Shown here one piece after another: positions 18,683 to 26,761 of a stretch of DNA of 37,196 nt. This stretch comes from an uncultured bacterium. Lineage in GTDB: Bacteria > Muiribacteriota > UBA6191 > JACPRK01. Within the stretch, counting starts at the first letter, position 1. Every line of letters starts with the position of its first letter. The notes under the pieces are model-generated. The model had not been told where the DNA came from and did no database searches. It was given only the letters and a program-made list of their open reading frames with translations. The position numbers were made by a program, and so were the translations under genes. The stretch lies in NCBI GenBank assembly GCA_964610245.1, contig CAZSVK010000002.1, forward strand, positions 1 through 37,196, read 5' to 3'.

Positions 18683-21295
18683 TCACGGGTGCGAGCGCGC
18701 GACCCTAAAGCCGAGGTTATTGAAGCGGTAGGAAGGCAGGAACCAGCCGCGCGTCGAGACGGTCGCTCGCGGCACCTCGAACCGCCAGGCCTCGCGCTTG
18801 TGGCTGCCGGCCTGGCGCACCCGCTCCCAGACCTGCCGGAAGTTCAGCACCGACGTGGACCAGCATCCGCCGCGGCAGATGCGCTCGTTACCTCGCTCGG
18901 GGCCGGGCGGATCGGCCTCCGGAGCACGGCCGTAGTAGTCGGGGTCGTGCCAGTCGGAGCACCACTCCCAGACGTTGCCGCACATGTCCAGGCAGCCGTA
19001 GGGACTGGCCCCGGAGGGGAATGATCCGATCTCGGCGGTGGCCCGAGCCCTCAACCCGAAGGCGGCGAGCCGGGGCGCGGTTCTGCGGCCCACCAGGTCC
19101 TGCAACTCCTCGACGAGGTCGATGGGCGGCTGGCTGCCCCAGGGATAGCAGCGATCGTCGAGGCCTCGAGCGGCCTTCTCCCACTCGGCTTCCGTGGGGA
19201 GCCGAAGGCCGGCCCAGGCGCAGTAGGCGGTGGCGTCGGTCCAGTCGAGGCCGACCACCGGCTGCTCGTCGCCATCGAAGCCGGGATAGAGCGCCGGCTT
19301 GCGATGGCCGGTGGCCGCGAGGAACTGCCGGTACTGCCGGTTGGTCACCGGCGTCTTGCCGATGTAGTAATCGCTCAACGTCAGCGTTTTGACCGGCCTC
19401 TCGTCGGGGTCTCCTTGCTCGCTCCCGCGGACGAACGAACCGCCCGGGACGAAGATGAGAACGGAGCCGTCCGCCGCGTTGCGATACTCCCGGAAGCCGT
19501 CGCCGTTGCCGCCGAGCGGTTCGAAGCCGGGCACATCGGCCAGCTCGAGCAACCCTTCCGCCACGGTGCGGGCGCCTCCTGAGGCGGTGACGGTGAGCGG
19601 CAGATCCTTGTAGCCGGGCTTCCTCAGGAGCAGCTCGACCGGCTCTTGCCCGGGCAGGTTGAGCGCCATCGAGGTGACCCCGATCGCGGCGCCGTCGCGA
19701 AACACCTCCGCCCCGCTAGGCACGCTGGTCACCTCGACCAGACCGGGCCTGGACAGCAGCCGGATCTCGAGGTTGCGCTCCTCTCCGGGCTCCAACTCCA
19801 GCTCCAGGCTCTGCTCGTCGAAACCGCGGCCCGCGCGGAAGGTGAGGCGACGCTTGCCCGCCTCGAGATGGACCCGCGACGGAGCGGTCGAGATGCGCAC
19901 CTGTTTCTCGTCGAGGACGTCGGTGCCGACGGGGTCCGTGGTGATCTGGACGACCGCCATGCGCGGTTTGAGCGTCGCGCGCACCTCGTGCCGCTGGGCC
20001 GACCGGCCCTCGAAGTGAACCGTGGTCTCGTGATAGCCCTGCTTGCTCAAGACCAGCTCGCCCGATTCGCCCTCCATCACGGGGAAGACGAGGGGCGTGG
20101 ACCCCAGGGACGTGCCGGCGCGCAAGACCTCGGCGCCCGGCGGCGCGCTGACCACGGAGATCTCGCCGCAGCGCTTGGCGGGGCGGGCGACGACGCGGGC
20201 CGAACTGCCGGCGATGAGCCGGACCTCTTCGGTCACCGGGACGTAGGGCTCGGGCAGTCGGAAGCAGAAGGTGTAGGAGCCGGGAGGCAGCTTGAGGACC
20301 AGCGGAGTGTCGCCGTAAGCGGTGCCGCTGAGGTCGGTGACGCGGGCCGCCGGCGGATCGCTGTCCAGCGTCAGGGTGGAGAGTTCGCCGGAGCCGGAGC
20401 CCTCGATGGGCCTCGGCCTGCCTTCGGCCGGCGGTGGGGACGACGAGGCCTGGCGGGCCGAAACCGAGGCCGGCCGGCTGGCGGCCAGAACGTGACGCAG
20501 TGCGGCGGCGAATTCGGAGGCCCGCTGGAAGCGGCGCGACGGATCGGCCGTCAGCGCGGTCGAGACGATAGGATCGATGCGGGAATCGAGAGCCGGCGAG
20601 ACCCGGCTCGGCATGTCGAAGACCCCGAGCGGCAGCCGGCCGGTCAGGGCCTCGTAGGCGATGACCGCCACCGAGTAGATGTCGGCCCGGCCATCCACCC
20701 GGGCCGAAGCGGCTTGAGTCTCGGGCGCGGCATACGGCCATCGGCCGCGGGCGCCCTGCGCATCCTCCGTGCGGGCCTTCCAGCCCGCGGCGCCCAGCAA
20801 CCCGGCCAGACCGAGATCGGTCAGACAGCAGGGCGGCTCCACGAAGAGCTGGGCCGGAGTGAGGTCGAGGTGGTAGACCGCCTGGCCGTGGGCGTACTCG
20901 AGGGCGTCCAGACAATCGCAGAGGATGTCGAGAATCTGCTCGGGTCCGGGCCGCTGCTCGCCGAGCCATCGCGAGAAGGGCAGACCGCGCTGGAACCGGG
21001 AGACGATGGTGAACCGCCCCTCGTGCTGCAGGAAGTCGAACACCTTCGCGAGACCAGGATGCTCGAGGCGGGTCAGCGTGGACCCAACCAGGCGAAACCG
21101 TTCGGCAAATCCCGGGTCGGCGGTCAGCGCGGGCGCCAGCTCCCGGAGGACGCAGTCGCCGTCGCCCTCGGCGGGACGGCCCCGGTGGACCCGTCCTTTC
21201 CATCCCTCGCCCAGCAGTTCCAGGGTGAGGTATCGCCGAGGGGTAGCGGGAGCGCTCCGCGGGGTCTGTTCGTCCATCATGAGGGCAGCGGTCAC
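18683..21295 (-). CDS. Degenerate Ser/Thr protein kinase-like domain / 4 PEGA domains / C-terminal FGE-sulfatase-like (SUMF1-type) domain
   Basis: Kinase fold: LGEGWKGRVH, HLDLTPAQ (20849-20872), DLG, YAAPE. PEGA units: SDPPAARV, SAPPGAEV, TDPVGTDV, SVPSGAEV. FGE-like: PVTNRQYRQF, WTDATAYCAWAGLRLPTEAEWEKAARG, GNVWEWCSDW, RGGCW, LGFRVARS. GTG start 21295 (ATG alternative 21280). Confidence 0.85.
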   Translation of the reverse strand: MTAALMMDEQTPRSAPATPRRYLTLELLGEGWKGRVHRGRPAEGDGDCVLRELAPALTADPGFAERFRLVGSTLTRLEHPGLAKVFDFLQHEGRFTIVSRFQRGLPFSRWLGEQRPGPEQILDILCDCLDALEYAHGQAVYHLDLTPAQLFVEPPCCLTDLGLAGLLGAAGWKARTEDAQGARGRWPYAAPETQAASARVDGRADIYSVAVIAYEALTGRLPLGVFDMPSRVSPALDSRIDPIVSTALTADPSRRFQRASEFAAALRHVLAASRPASVSARQASSSPPPAEGRPRPIEGSGSGELSTLTLDSDPPAARVTDLSGTAYGDTPLVLKLPPGSYTFCFRLPEPYVPVTEEVRLIAGSSARVVARPAKRCGEISVVSAPPGAEVLRAGTSLGSTPLVFPVMEGESGELVLSKQGYHETTVHFEGRSAQRHEVRATLKPRMAVVQITTDPVGTDVLDEKQVRISTAPSRVHLEAGKRRLTFRAGRGFDEQSLELELEPGEERNLEIRLLSRPGLVEVTSVPSGAEVFRDGAAIGVTSMALNLPGQEPVELLLRKPGYKDLPLTVTASGGARTVAEGLLELADVPGFEPLGGNGDGFREYRNAADGSVLIFVPGGSFVRGSEQGDPDERPVKTLTLSDYYIGKTPVTNRQYRQFLAATGHRKPALYPGFDGDEQPVVGLDWTDATAYCAWAGLRLPTEAEWEKAARGLDDRCYPWGSQPPIDLVEELQDLVGRRTAPRLAAFGLRARATAEIGSFPSGASPYGCLDMCGNVWEWCSDWHDPDYYGRAPEADPPGPERGNERICRGGCWSTSVLNFRQVWERVRQAGSHKREAWRFEVPRATVSTRGWFLPSYRFNNLGFRVARSHP

Positions 21296-21323
21296 GCCGT
21301 GGAGACCGGCTCCACGACCCGAT

Positions 21324-22091
21324 TCAGACTTTAGTGTCCTCCGGGCCCCCCGTCAACCCGAGCCTCAGCGACAGGGGGACCTCCAGATCGGTCGCATCCA
21401 TCAGGGCCTCGTCCGCGAGAACCTGGCGGCAAGGCCCATCGGCGCGCACCCGGCCGTCGGCGAGCACGAGGCAGCGAGAGCAGACCTCCAGGGCCAGCTC
21501 GAGATCGTGGGTCGCAATCAGCAGGGTCCGCTGGCACGCCTGCAGCCATCGGATCAGCTCCCGCCGGTGGCGAGGGTCGAGTTCCGACGAGGGCTCGTCC
21601 ATCAGGATGACCGTCGGTTCGCAGGCGAGGACGGTGGCGATGGCGACGCGTTTCTTCTCCCCCAGGCTGAGGTGAAACGGAGAGCGCTCCTCGAAGCCCA
21701 GCAGTCCGACCAGCTCCAGCGCCGCCGCGACGCGCCGGTCGACCGCCTCGGCCGGCAGCCCCTGGTTGAGAGGCCCGAAGGCGACATCCTCGCGAACGGT
21801 GGGGCAGAAGAGCTGATCGTCGGGATCCTGGAAGACCAGGCCCACCCGCCGCCGGAGCTGGGCCAGGGTGGAAGGCCCGAGTTCCGCTCCATCGAGCAGG
21901 ATGCGGCCGGTGCCTCGCCAGATGCCGTTGAGGTTGGTCAGGAGGGTCGACTTGCCCGCTCCGTTGGCGCCCGCCAGGGCCACCTTCTCGCCCGCGTCCA
22001 TGAGGAAGGAGACGCCGCGCAGCCCTTCGCGGCCATCGGGGTACCGATACCCCAGCTCGTCGACCTGCAGCAGCGGTTCGCGGCCGCTCAT
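21324..22091 (-). CDS. cbiO: ECF transporter ATPase component (CbiO/EcfA-like)
   Basis: Walker A GANGAGKST, signature LSLGEKKRV, Walker B ILMDEPSSELD. ATG 22091 overlaps the cbiQ stop as ATGA. Confidence 0.85.
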   Translation of the reverse strand: MSGREPLLQVDELGYRYPDGREGLRGVSFLMDAGEKVALAGANGAGKSTLLTNLNGIWRGTGRILLDGAELGPSTLAQLRRRVGLVFQDPDDQLFCPTVREDVAFGPLNQGLPAEAVDRRVAAALELVGLLGFEERSPFHLSLGEKKRVAIATVLACEPTVILMDEPSSELDPRHRRELIRWLQACQRTLLIATHDLELALEVCSRCLVLADGRVRADGPCRQVLADEALMDATDLEVPLSLRLGLTGGPEDTKV

Positions 22092-22798
22092 CCCATCACC
22101 CCGCAGGCCAGCAGGACCGAGACCAGCAGCAGGGCCCCGGCGCATGCCGTGACCGCGGTGTCGGCTGTCCGCCACAGGAGCGGGCGAGCGAGCGGAAACT
22201 GGCCGGAGAATCCTCGGCTCACCATCGCCAGGTAGACGCGTTCGGCGCGCTCGTGGGCCCGGACGAGCAGCACGCCGAGCCCCCCGGCCAGCGCCCGGAA
22301 AGCGGTCCACGACCAGCCGCAGGTTCGCGAGCGCCATCCGAGTTCCATGTGCTCGATCTCGTCCACCAGGAGGAAGATGTAGCGGTAGACGAACGAGAGC
22401 ACGGCGAGGAAGAAGGCGGGTGCGCGAAGCCGGGCCAACCCGGCCAGCAACGACGGAAACGGCGTGGTCGCCGAGAGCAGCACGAGCGCCATCGCCGACA
22501 GCAGGCCCTTGGCCAGCAGCCCCCAGAGCACGACCCCCTCGAGGTGCCCGAGTGCCACGACAGCCAGGAACGGCAGCACCCAGAGCGCGCGCAGCAGCAG
22601 GTGCGTCGCGGGCACGCGAGACAAGGCGGCGGCCCCCACCAGCAGGCAGGCGAGTGCGCCCAGGACCGGGCCCTGATGCGAACGAGCCAGGGACGCGGCG
22701 AGCACGAAGGCCAGGGCCGCGAGGAACTTGGCCCGCGGGTCGAGCGCCTGCAGCAAACCGGGCAGACGGCCGTAACGATCCCAGAAGTCGTGTCTCAC
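22088..22798 (-). CDS. cbiQ: ECF transporter transmembrane (T) component, CbiQ-like
   Basis: Hydrophobic ~236-aa protein beginning LDPRAKFLAALAFVLA and ending with the Arg-rich coupling region ERAERVYLAMVSRGF. GTG start 22798 overlaps the upstream stop (GTGA). Confidence 0.75.
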   Translation of the reverse strand: MRHDFWDRYGRLPGLLQALDPRAKFLAALAFVLAASLARSHQGPVLGALACLLVGAAALSRVPATHLLLRALWVLPFLAVVALGHLEGVVLWGLLAKGLLSAMALVLLSATTPFPSLLAGLARLRAPAFFLAVLSFVYRYIFLLVDEIEHMELGWRSRTCGWSWTAFRALAGGLGVLLVRAHERAERVYLAMVSRGFSGQFPLARPLLWRTADTAVTACAGALLLVSVLLACGVMG

Positions 22799-23175
22799 TC
22801 GGTCTCCGGGCGATCGGGCGGCGCGGCCCCGGGCCGGTTCCAGAGCCAGGTGAGCCCCTTGCCGATCGCGAGCATCAGCACGACTCCGGCAAGGCCCGCG
22901 ACGGCCTTCGAGGCTCCGCCCTCGCCGAGCCCGGTGATCGCGTAGTCCGGGGCCAGAGCGGTCGGGAGCCTTTTCGCGACAGCGGGCTTGTCCTCCAATC
23001 CCAGCCTCTCGGCGGCAAACTCGAGCCCATCGGGCAGCTCCGAGGCCAGCGGAGTCAGCAGCAGCAGGGCGAAGAGGCCCGCCACCAGCCAGGCCAGCGG
23101 GATGCGGTGCGCCGGCTTCGCACCGCCGGCGGGTCTGGTGGTCGCGCGTCCGCCACTCCCGTCTCGTCGATTCAT
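22795..23175 (-). CDS. PDGLE-domain small membrane protein (takes the CbiN position in the ECF metal-uptake operon)
   Basis: TM helix + literal motif ELPDGLEFAAE + C-terminal TM helix. ATG 23175 overlaps the cbiM stop as ATGA. Only the 3' 381 nt of the listed 366-aa ORF 22795..23895 is real. Confidence 0.7.
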   Translation of the reverse strand: MNRRDGSGGRATTRPAGGAKPAHRIPLAWLVAGLFALLLLTPLASELPDGLEFAAERLGLEDKPAVAKRLPTALAPDYAITGLGEGGASKAVAGLAGVVLMLAIGKGLTWLWNRPGAAPPDRPETE

Positions 23176-23891
23176 GATTCGAGCCCCGTCAGCAGGTCGG
23201 GACGGTTGCGCTTCAGGAACCCGAGAACAGTGCAAGTGATCAGCGCCTCGCCGAGGCCGATGATGGCGTGGATGCCGCCCAGCAACGTGACGGCGCCCGG
23301 CAGCGACACGCGACCCGACAGCGCCAGCTCGAGCGCGCAAGCCAGCGATCCGGCCATGACCGACGCCCATGCCGCGGCCGCCACGACGGCCGTCGAGGGC
23401 ATCGCCCTGGTCAGCCGCCGGCCCAGCGAGAGCACCAGGGCCGAGCAGAGCACGCCCACGACCGCCATGTTCAGGACGTTGGCCCCGAGCGCGATCAGCC
23501 CGCCGTCCTGGAAGACCAGGCACTGCAGGACCAGCACGGAGGTCATCACCCAGATCGCGGGAGCGGTGCCCAGGCAGGCGACGGCCAGCGTGCTCCCGAG
23601 CAGGTGGCCCGAGGCCCCGAAGCCCACCGGGAAGTTGAGCATCTGCGCCGCGAAGACGAAGGCGCCCATCGTGCCCAGAAGGGGGATGGCGCGCTCGCCG
23701 CAGCGGGCGACGGCGAAGCGATACGAGACGGTCAGGGCGGTCGCCGAGAGGCCGGCCGTGACAAGGCAGGTGGGCAGATCGAGAAAACCATCGGGCAGGT
23801 GCATGAGCGCTCGACCGCATCCTAGCAAAGCACCGGGAACCGATCGGTGACTGCGTTCGCAGGGGGGGACGGGAGAGATCGGGTCGGGCAT
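23172..23891 (-). CDS. cbiM: ECF transporter substrate-capture component CbiM/NikM (Co/Ni type)
   Basis: MHLPDGFLDLPTCLVTAGL ... GTMGAFVFAAQMLNFPV ... SGHLLG ... VLQCLVFQDGG is a typical CbiM/NikM pattern. ATG 23891 has AGGAGG (23900-23905) 8 nt upstream but adds 29 aa before the conserved Met-His. The alternative start is ATG 23804 (MHLPDG). Confidence 0.85.
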   Translation of the reverse strand: MPDPISPVPPCERSHRSVPGALLGCGRALMHLPDGFLDLPTCLVTAGLSATALTVSYRFAVARCGERAIPLLGTMGAFVFAAQMLNFPVGFGASGHLLGSTLAVACLGTAPAIWVMTSVLVLQCLVFQDGGLIALGANVLNMAVVGVLCSALVLSLGRRLTRAMPSTAVVAAAAWASVMAGSLACALELALSGRVSLPGAVTLLGGIHAIIGLGEALITCTVLGFLKRNRPDLLTGLES

Positions 23892-23954
23892 GCATCTCAC
23901 CTCCTGAGGGCGCTGCCCCCAGTCCCCCGCCTTGAGCCTGGCCCGCTTCGCGGC

Positions 23955-24222
23955 CAGTCTCGATTGTTGAAGCTGGGGCGTCCGCCCCAGTCCCCCCTGG
24001 CCCCTGGACCCGGCGATGAGAAGAGCCGTCGAGGCTTGAGCGGCAATCTCATGCACTTTGAGCTGCGAGCGTGGGCAAGAGTCCCTCCAGTCATCGGGGG
24101 GTCCAGGGGAGAACTTCTCCCCTGGTGGGGTCTGGGGCAAGGCCCCAGTAGGCCGTTCTCTCCAGTTCCAATCAGGCCTTTCGAGATCTGTCCATGCGTG
24201 AGGACAGCGTCCCCGACAGAAC
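23955..24222 (+). repeat. GC-hairpin intergenic element, copy B (reference orientation)
   Basis: Hairpins at 23973-23990, 24103-24125 and 24132-24148, with a partial GAGGAC-AGC-GTCCCC at 24200-24214. The core aligns with the inverted copy A and with copy C. It lies between divergent cbiM and the holB-like gene. Confidence 0.85.
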
Positions 24223-24298
24223 TCGAATCAGAGCGGCTCCAGCGTTCCGCGAGCACACCCCCGCGGCTCTTCCTTATTCCCCTCTCCTCCACTATCCT

Positions 24299-25570
24299 GT
24301 GCTGGTGACGCTTCTGGACACACTGTTGCAGGACTCGGCCAACCATCCGATGCTGGCGAGGGTCATCGCCGGCGAGGTGGGAGGGCAGGCCTTCCTGGTG
24401 GATGCCGGGAGCCTGCCGGTGGTCCGCACTTTCGCGGCCCATCTGGCTCGGGGGATGGCTTGCCTGGGAACGGGGCGCAAGCCCTGCGGAACCTGCCCGG
24501 TCTGCCGGAATCCGCGGCCACCTTACCTGACGCACGTCACGCCGCTCGGGGTCGAGTTCCGCATCCAGCAGATCCATGAGATCCTGCAAGAGAGCACGCT
24601 GGCGGTGGAACCGGGGGCCCGGCGCGTCTACTTCCTCGACGGCATCGAGGCCATGAACGAGGAGTCGGCCAACGCGTTTCTGAAGGTGCTGGAAGAGCCA
24701 CCTCCGGCGGTCGTCTTCGTGCTGGCCACGGCGGCACGGCAGCAGGTGCTGCCGACGATCCGCTCGCGCTGCCATGCGCTGCACGTCGACTTTCCGTCGA
24801 CCGTCTCTCTGCTGGAAGGCGCGCTGGCCGGAAGCCCGGTCCCGAAGCCGTGGCTCTACGCGATCCTGGAGGTCTGGGGACGCAGCCCGTCGTTGCTGCA
24901 GCAGGCGGTGCAGCCCGAAGGCGGCCCGCCGGGCCTCTCGGCGTCGACGCCCGCGGCAGCCGCGCAGGAGCTGTTGGGGGCCCACGCGTCACGTCAGGAG
25001 ACCGAGGCGCTGGCCGACCCCGAGGCTGGCCTGTTCTGCGATCTGAAGCACGCGCTCGACAGCACCGCCTTCTTCCTCGGCGCGCTCGCGAGGGTGCTGG
25101 GGCAGGGCACGGCCCTCGCCGCGCTGGACGAAGCGGCCGCCCTGACCGGCTGGATCGACGGCGTGCGCGAGGCGGTCACCGCCGGGCTGCGTGCGCTGGA
25201 GTCGCAGCGCCGGAAGGTCCACGGCCCTTCCTACGTACACCCGTTGTTCGAGGACGAGATGTTCGAACGCTCGTACTACCGGCGAGTCTCGTTCCTGGCG
25301 GCCGATGCGTTCCTGCGCGCGGCGCTGCTGCTCGCGCGAGCTGCGCTGACCGCCGGAGAGGGTGTCGAGGGGCGGCTGCTGGCGGGGCTGGCCGCCGACT
25401 GTCCGGCGCTCGAGACGGCGCTGGGCCGAGGCGCCGGCTGGGCCCGGGAGGTCGAACGACTGGTCTCCCAGACACGCTCTCGCTACCAATCCAACGTGAC
25501 GCTGCGCTACACACTCGACGCTTTCCTGCTGTCGCTGGCCCTGCCGGACGCCACGGCCCCCCGCCTCTGA
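24299..25570 (+). CDS. holB: DNA polymerase III delta-prime subunit-like clamp-loader protein (HolB-like)
   Basis: Zinc module CGTCPVCRN, NAFLKVLEEPP, sensor motif PTIRSRC, and no Walker A GxxGxGK (usual for delta-prime). The start is uncertain. The listed ATG 24194 lies inside repeat copy B, so I prefer GTG 24299 (alternative ATG 24350). Confidence 0.65.
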   Translation: MLVTLLDTLLQDSANHPMLARVIAGEVGGQAFLVDAGSLPVVRTFAAHLARGMACLGTGRKPCGTCPVCRNPRPPYLTHVTPLGVEFRIQQIHEILQESTLAVEPGARRVYFLDGIEAMNEESANAFLKVLEEPPPAVVFVLATAARQQVLPTIRSRCHALHVDFPSTVSLLEGALAGSPVPKPWLYAILEVWGRSPSLLQQAVQPEGGPPGLSASTPAAAAQELLGAHASRQETEALADPEAGLFCDLKHALDSTAFFLGALARVLGQGTALAALDEAAALTGWIDGVREAVTAGLRALESQRRKVHGPSYVHPLFEDEMFERSYYRRVSFLAADAFLRAALLLARAALTAGEGVEGRLLAGLAADCPALETALGRGAGWAREVERLVSQTRSRYQSNVTLRYTLDAFLLSLALPDATAPRL

Positions 25571-26721
25571 TGGCCGCCGACCGCCCGTTCCGCCTGATGA
25601 TCTGCGCCGGGGAGGCGTCGGGCGATCTGCACGCATCGCACCTGGTCGAGGCGCTGCGCCGCCGCTGTCCGGCGCTCGAGGCGTACGGATACGGAGGCGA
25701 GCGCATGGCCGCCGCGGGCGTGGAGCTGATCGCGCGTCTGACCGATTACCAGGCGGTGGGCTACATCGAGGTGCTCGGCTCGGTGCCGGCGGTGGCCTAT
25801 CACTACTGGAAGGCGATCCGGCTGCTGGCCCAGCGCCCGCCCGACGCGCTGGTCGTCATCGACTTCCCGACCTTCAACCTGCCGCTGGCCGAGCGCGCCA
25901 CGGCCGCGGGCATCCCGGTGCACTACTTCATCCCGCCGAAGGTCTGGGGATGGAAGAAGGAGCGGGCAGCCCGCATTGCCAGGGCGGCGGCGAAGATCTT
26001 CGCCATCTTTCCCTTCGAACCGCCCCACTTCGAGGTACACGGGGGCAAGGTCTTCTACTTCGGCCATCCGCTCATCGACTTCGTACGGCCCGCGATGGCG
26101 CGCGAGGCCTTCCTGGAACAGCATCACTGGGCTCCGGACCGGCCGGTGGTCGCGCTGCTGCCCGGCAGCCGCCGCCAGGAGATCGCCTTCATGCTCGAGC
26201 TGTACCTGGAGACCGCCCGCCGCCTCGCCGACGCGGGCCTGGCCACGCAGTTTGCGCTGCCGCGGGCGGTGACGGTGCCGCGGCCGTGGCTCGAGGAGTT
26301 GCTGGGCCGGCCGAGGTTCGCGAGCCTGGATGTGCACATCGTCGACGGAGGGATCCACGACGTCCTGAGCGCCTCGACGCTGGCGCTGGCCACCTGCGGC
26401 ACGGTGACGCTCGAAACGGCGATCTGCGGCTGCCCGATGGTCGTCAGCTACGATGCGGGGCTGTTGACGCGCTGGCTGTTCCGCGACCGGCACCGTTTCA
26501 CCCACTTCGGTCTGCCGAACATCGTGGCGGGCCGCGAGATCTGCCCCGAACGCATCGGAGAACAAGCGAATGCCGATACGCTCTTCCAGACGGCCAGGGA
26601 TTTGCTGCAAGACCCGGCGTCGCTCGCGCGCCAGCGACAGGAGCTGGCCGCGGTGACGGCCCAGCTCGGCTCGCCCGGCGTCTTCGACAAGATCGCGGCC
26701 GAGATCTTGCGCCAGGACTGA
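25570..26721 (+). CDS. lpxB: Lipid-A-disaccharide synthase (GT19)
   Basis: MICAGEASGDLHASHLVEAL, YFIPPKVWGWKKERA, FPFEPPHF, LLPGSRRQEI, ATCGTVTLETA. ATG 25570 overlaps the holB stop by 1 nt (TGATG). Confidence 0.85.
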   Translation: MAADRPFRLMICAGEASGDLHASHLVEALRRRCPALEAYGYGGERMAAAGVELIARLTDYQAVGYIEVLGSVPAVAYHYWKAIRLLAQRPPDALVVIDFPTFNLPLAERATAAGIPVHYFIPPKVWGWKKERAARIARAAAKIFAIFPFEPPHFEVHGGKVFYFGHPLIDFVRPAMAREAFLEQHHWAPDRPVVALLPGSRRQEIAFMLELYLETARRLADAGLATQFALPRAVTVPRPWLEELLGRPRFASLDVHIVDGGIHDVLSASTLALATCGTVTLETAICGCPMVVSYDAGLLTRWLFRDRHRFTHFGLPNIVAGREICPERIGEQANADTLFQTARDLLQDPASLARQRQELAAVTAQLGSPGVFDKIAAEILRQD

Positions 26722-26761
26722 ACCCGACACCGGCCCTCCCTCCCCGATTCGAATCCGACCG

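Noticed and set aside
19646-21334. 562-aa plus-strand ORF and a 495-aa minus off-frame ORF over the kinase-PEGA-FGE gene
   Set aside because: The translations are Arg/Gly-rich. The chosen frame contains kinase subdomains, four PEGA units and FGE-fold motifs in the expected order.
22795-23895. 366-aa ORF starting at the first ATG of ATGCATGCCC (23895)
   Set aside because: This is a composite frame. Only its last 381 nt (the PDGLE protein) looks coding. Upstream of that it runs out of frame across cbiM with an R/P/G-rich translation.
23892-24000. Possible cobalamin or NiCo riboswitch in the cbiM leader
   Set aside because: Reading the minus strand, I could not find a B12-box-like element or the conserved NiCo junction sequences. 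The leader is dominated by the repeat-family hairpin. I cannot exclude a riboswitch without a covariance-model scan (cmscan with Rfam Cobalamin and NiCo models).
24014-24037. Mini-ORF ATGAGAAGAG[CC/GA]GTCGAGGCTTGA (MRR[A/G]VEA-stop) shared by repeat copies A and B
   Set aside because: It is only 7 codons long with no RBS. It is not preserved in copy C, where the ATG context reads GATGGCAGCAAG with a different frame and length. It is most likely incidental.
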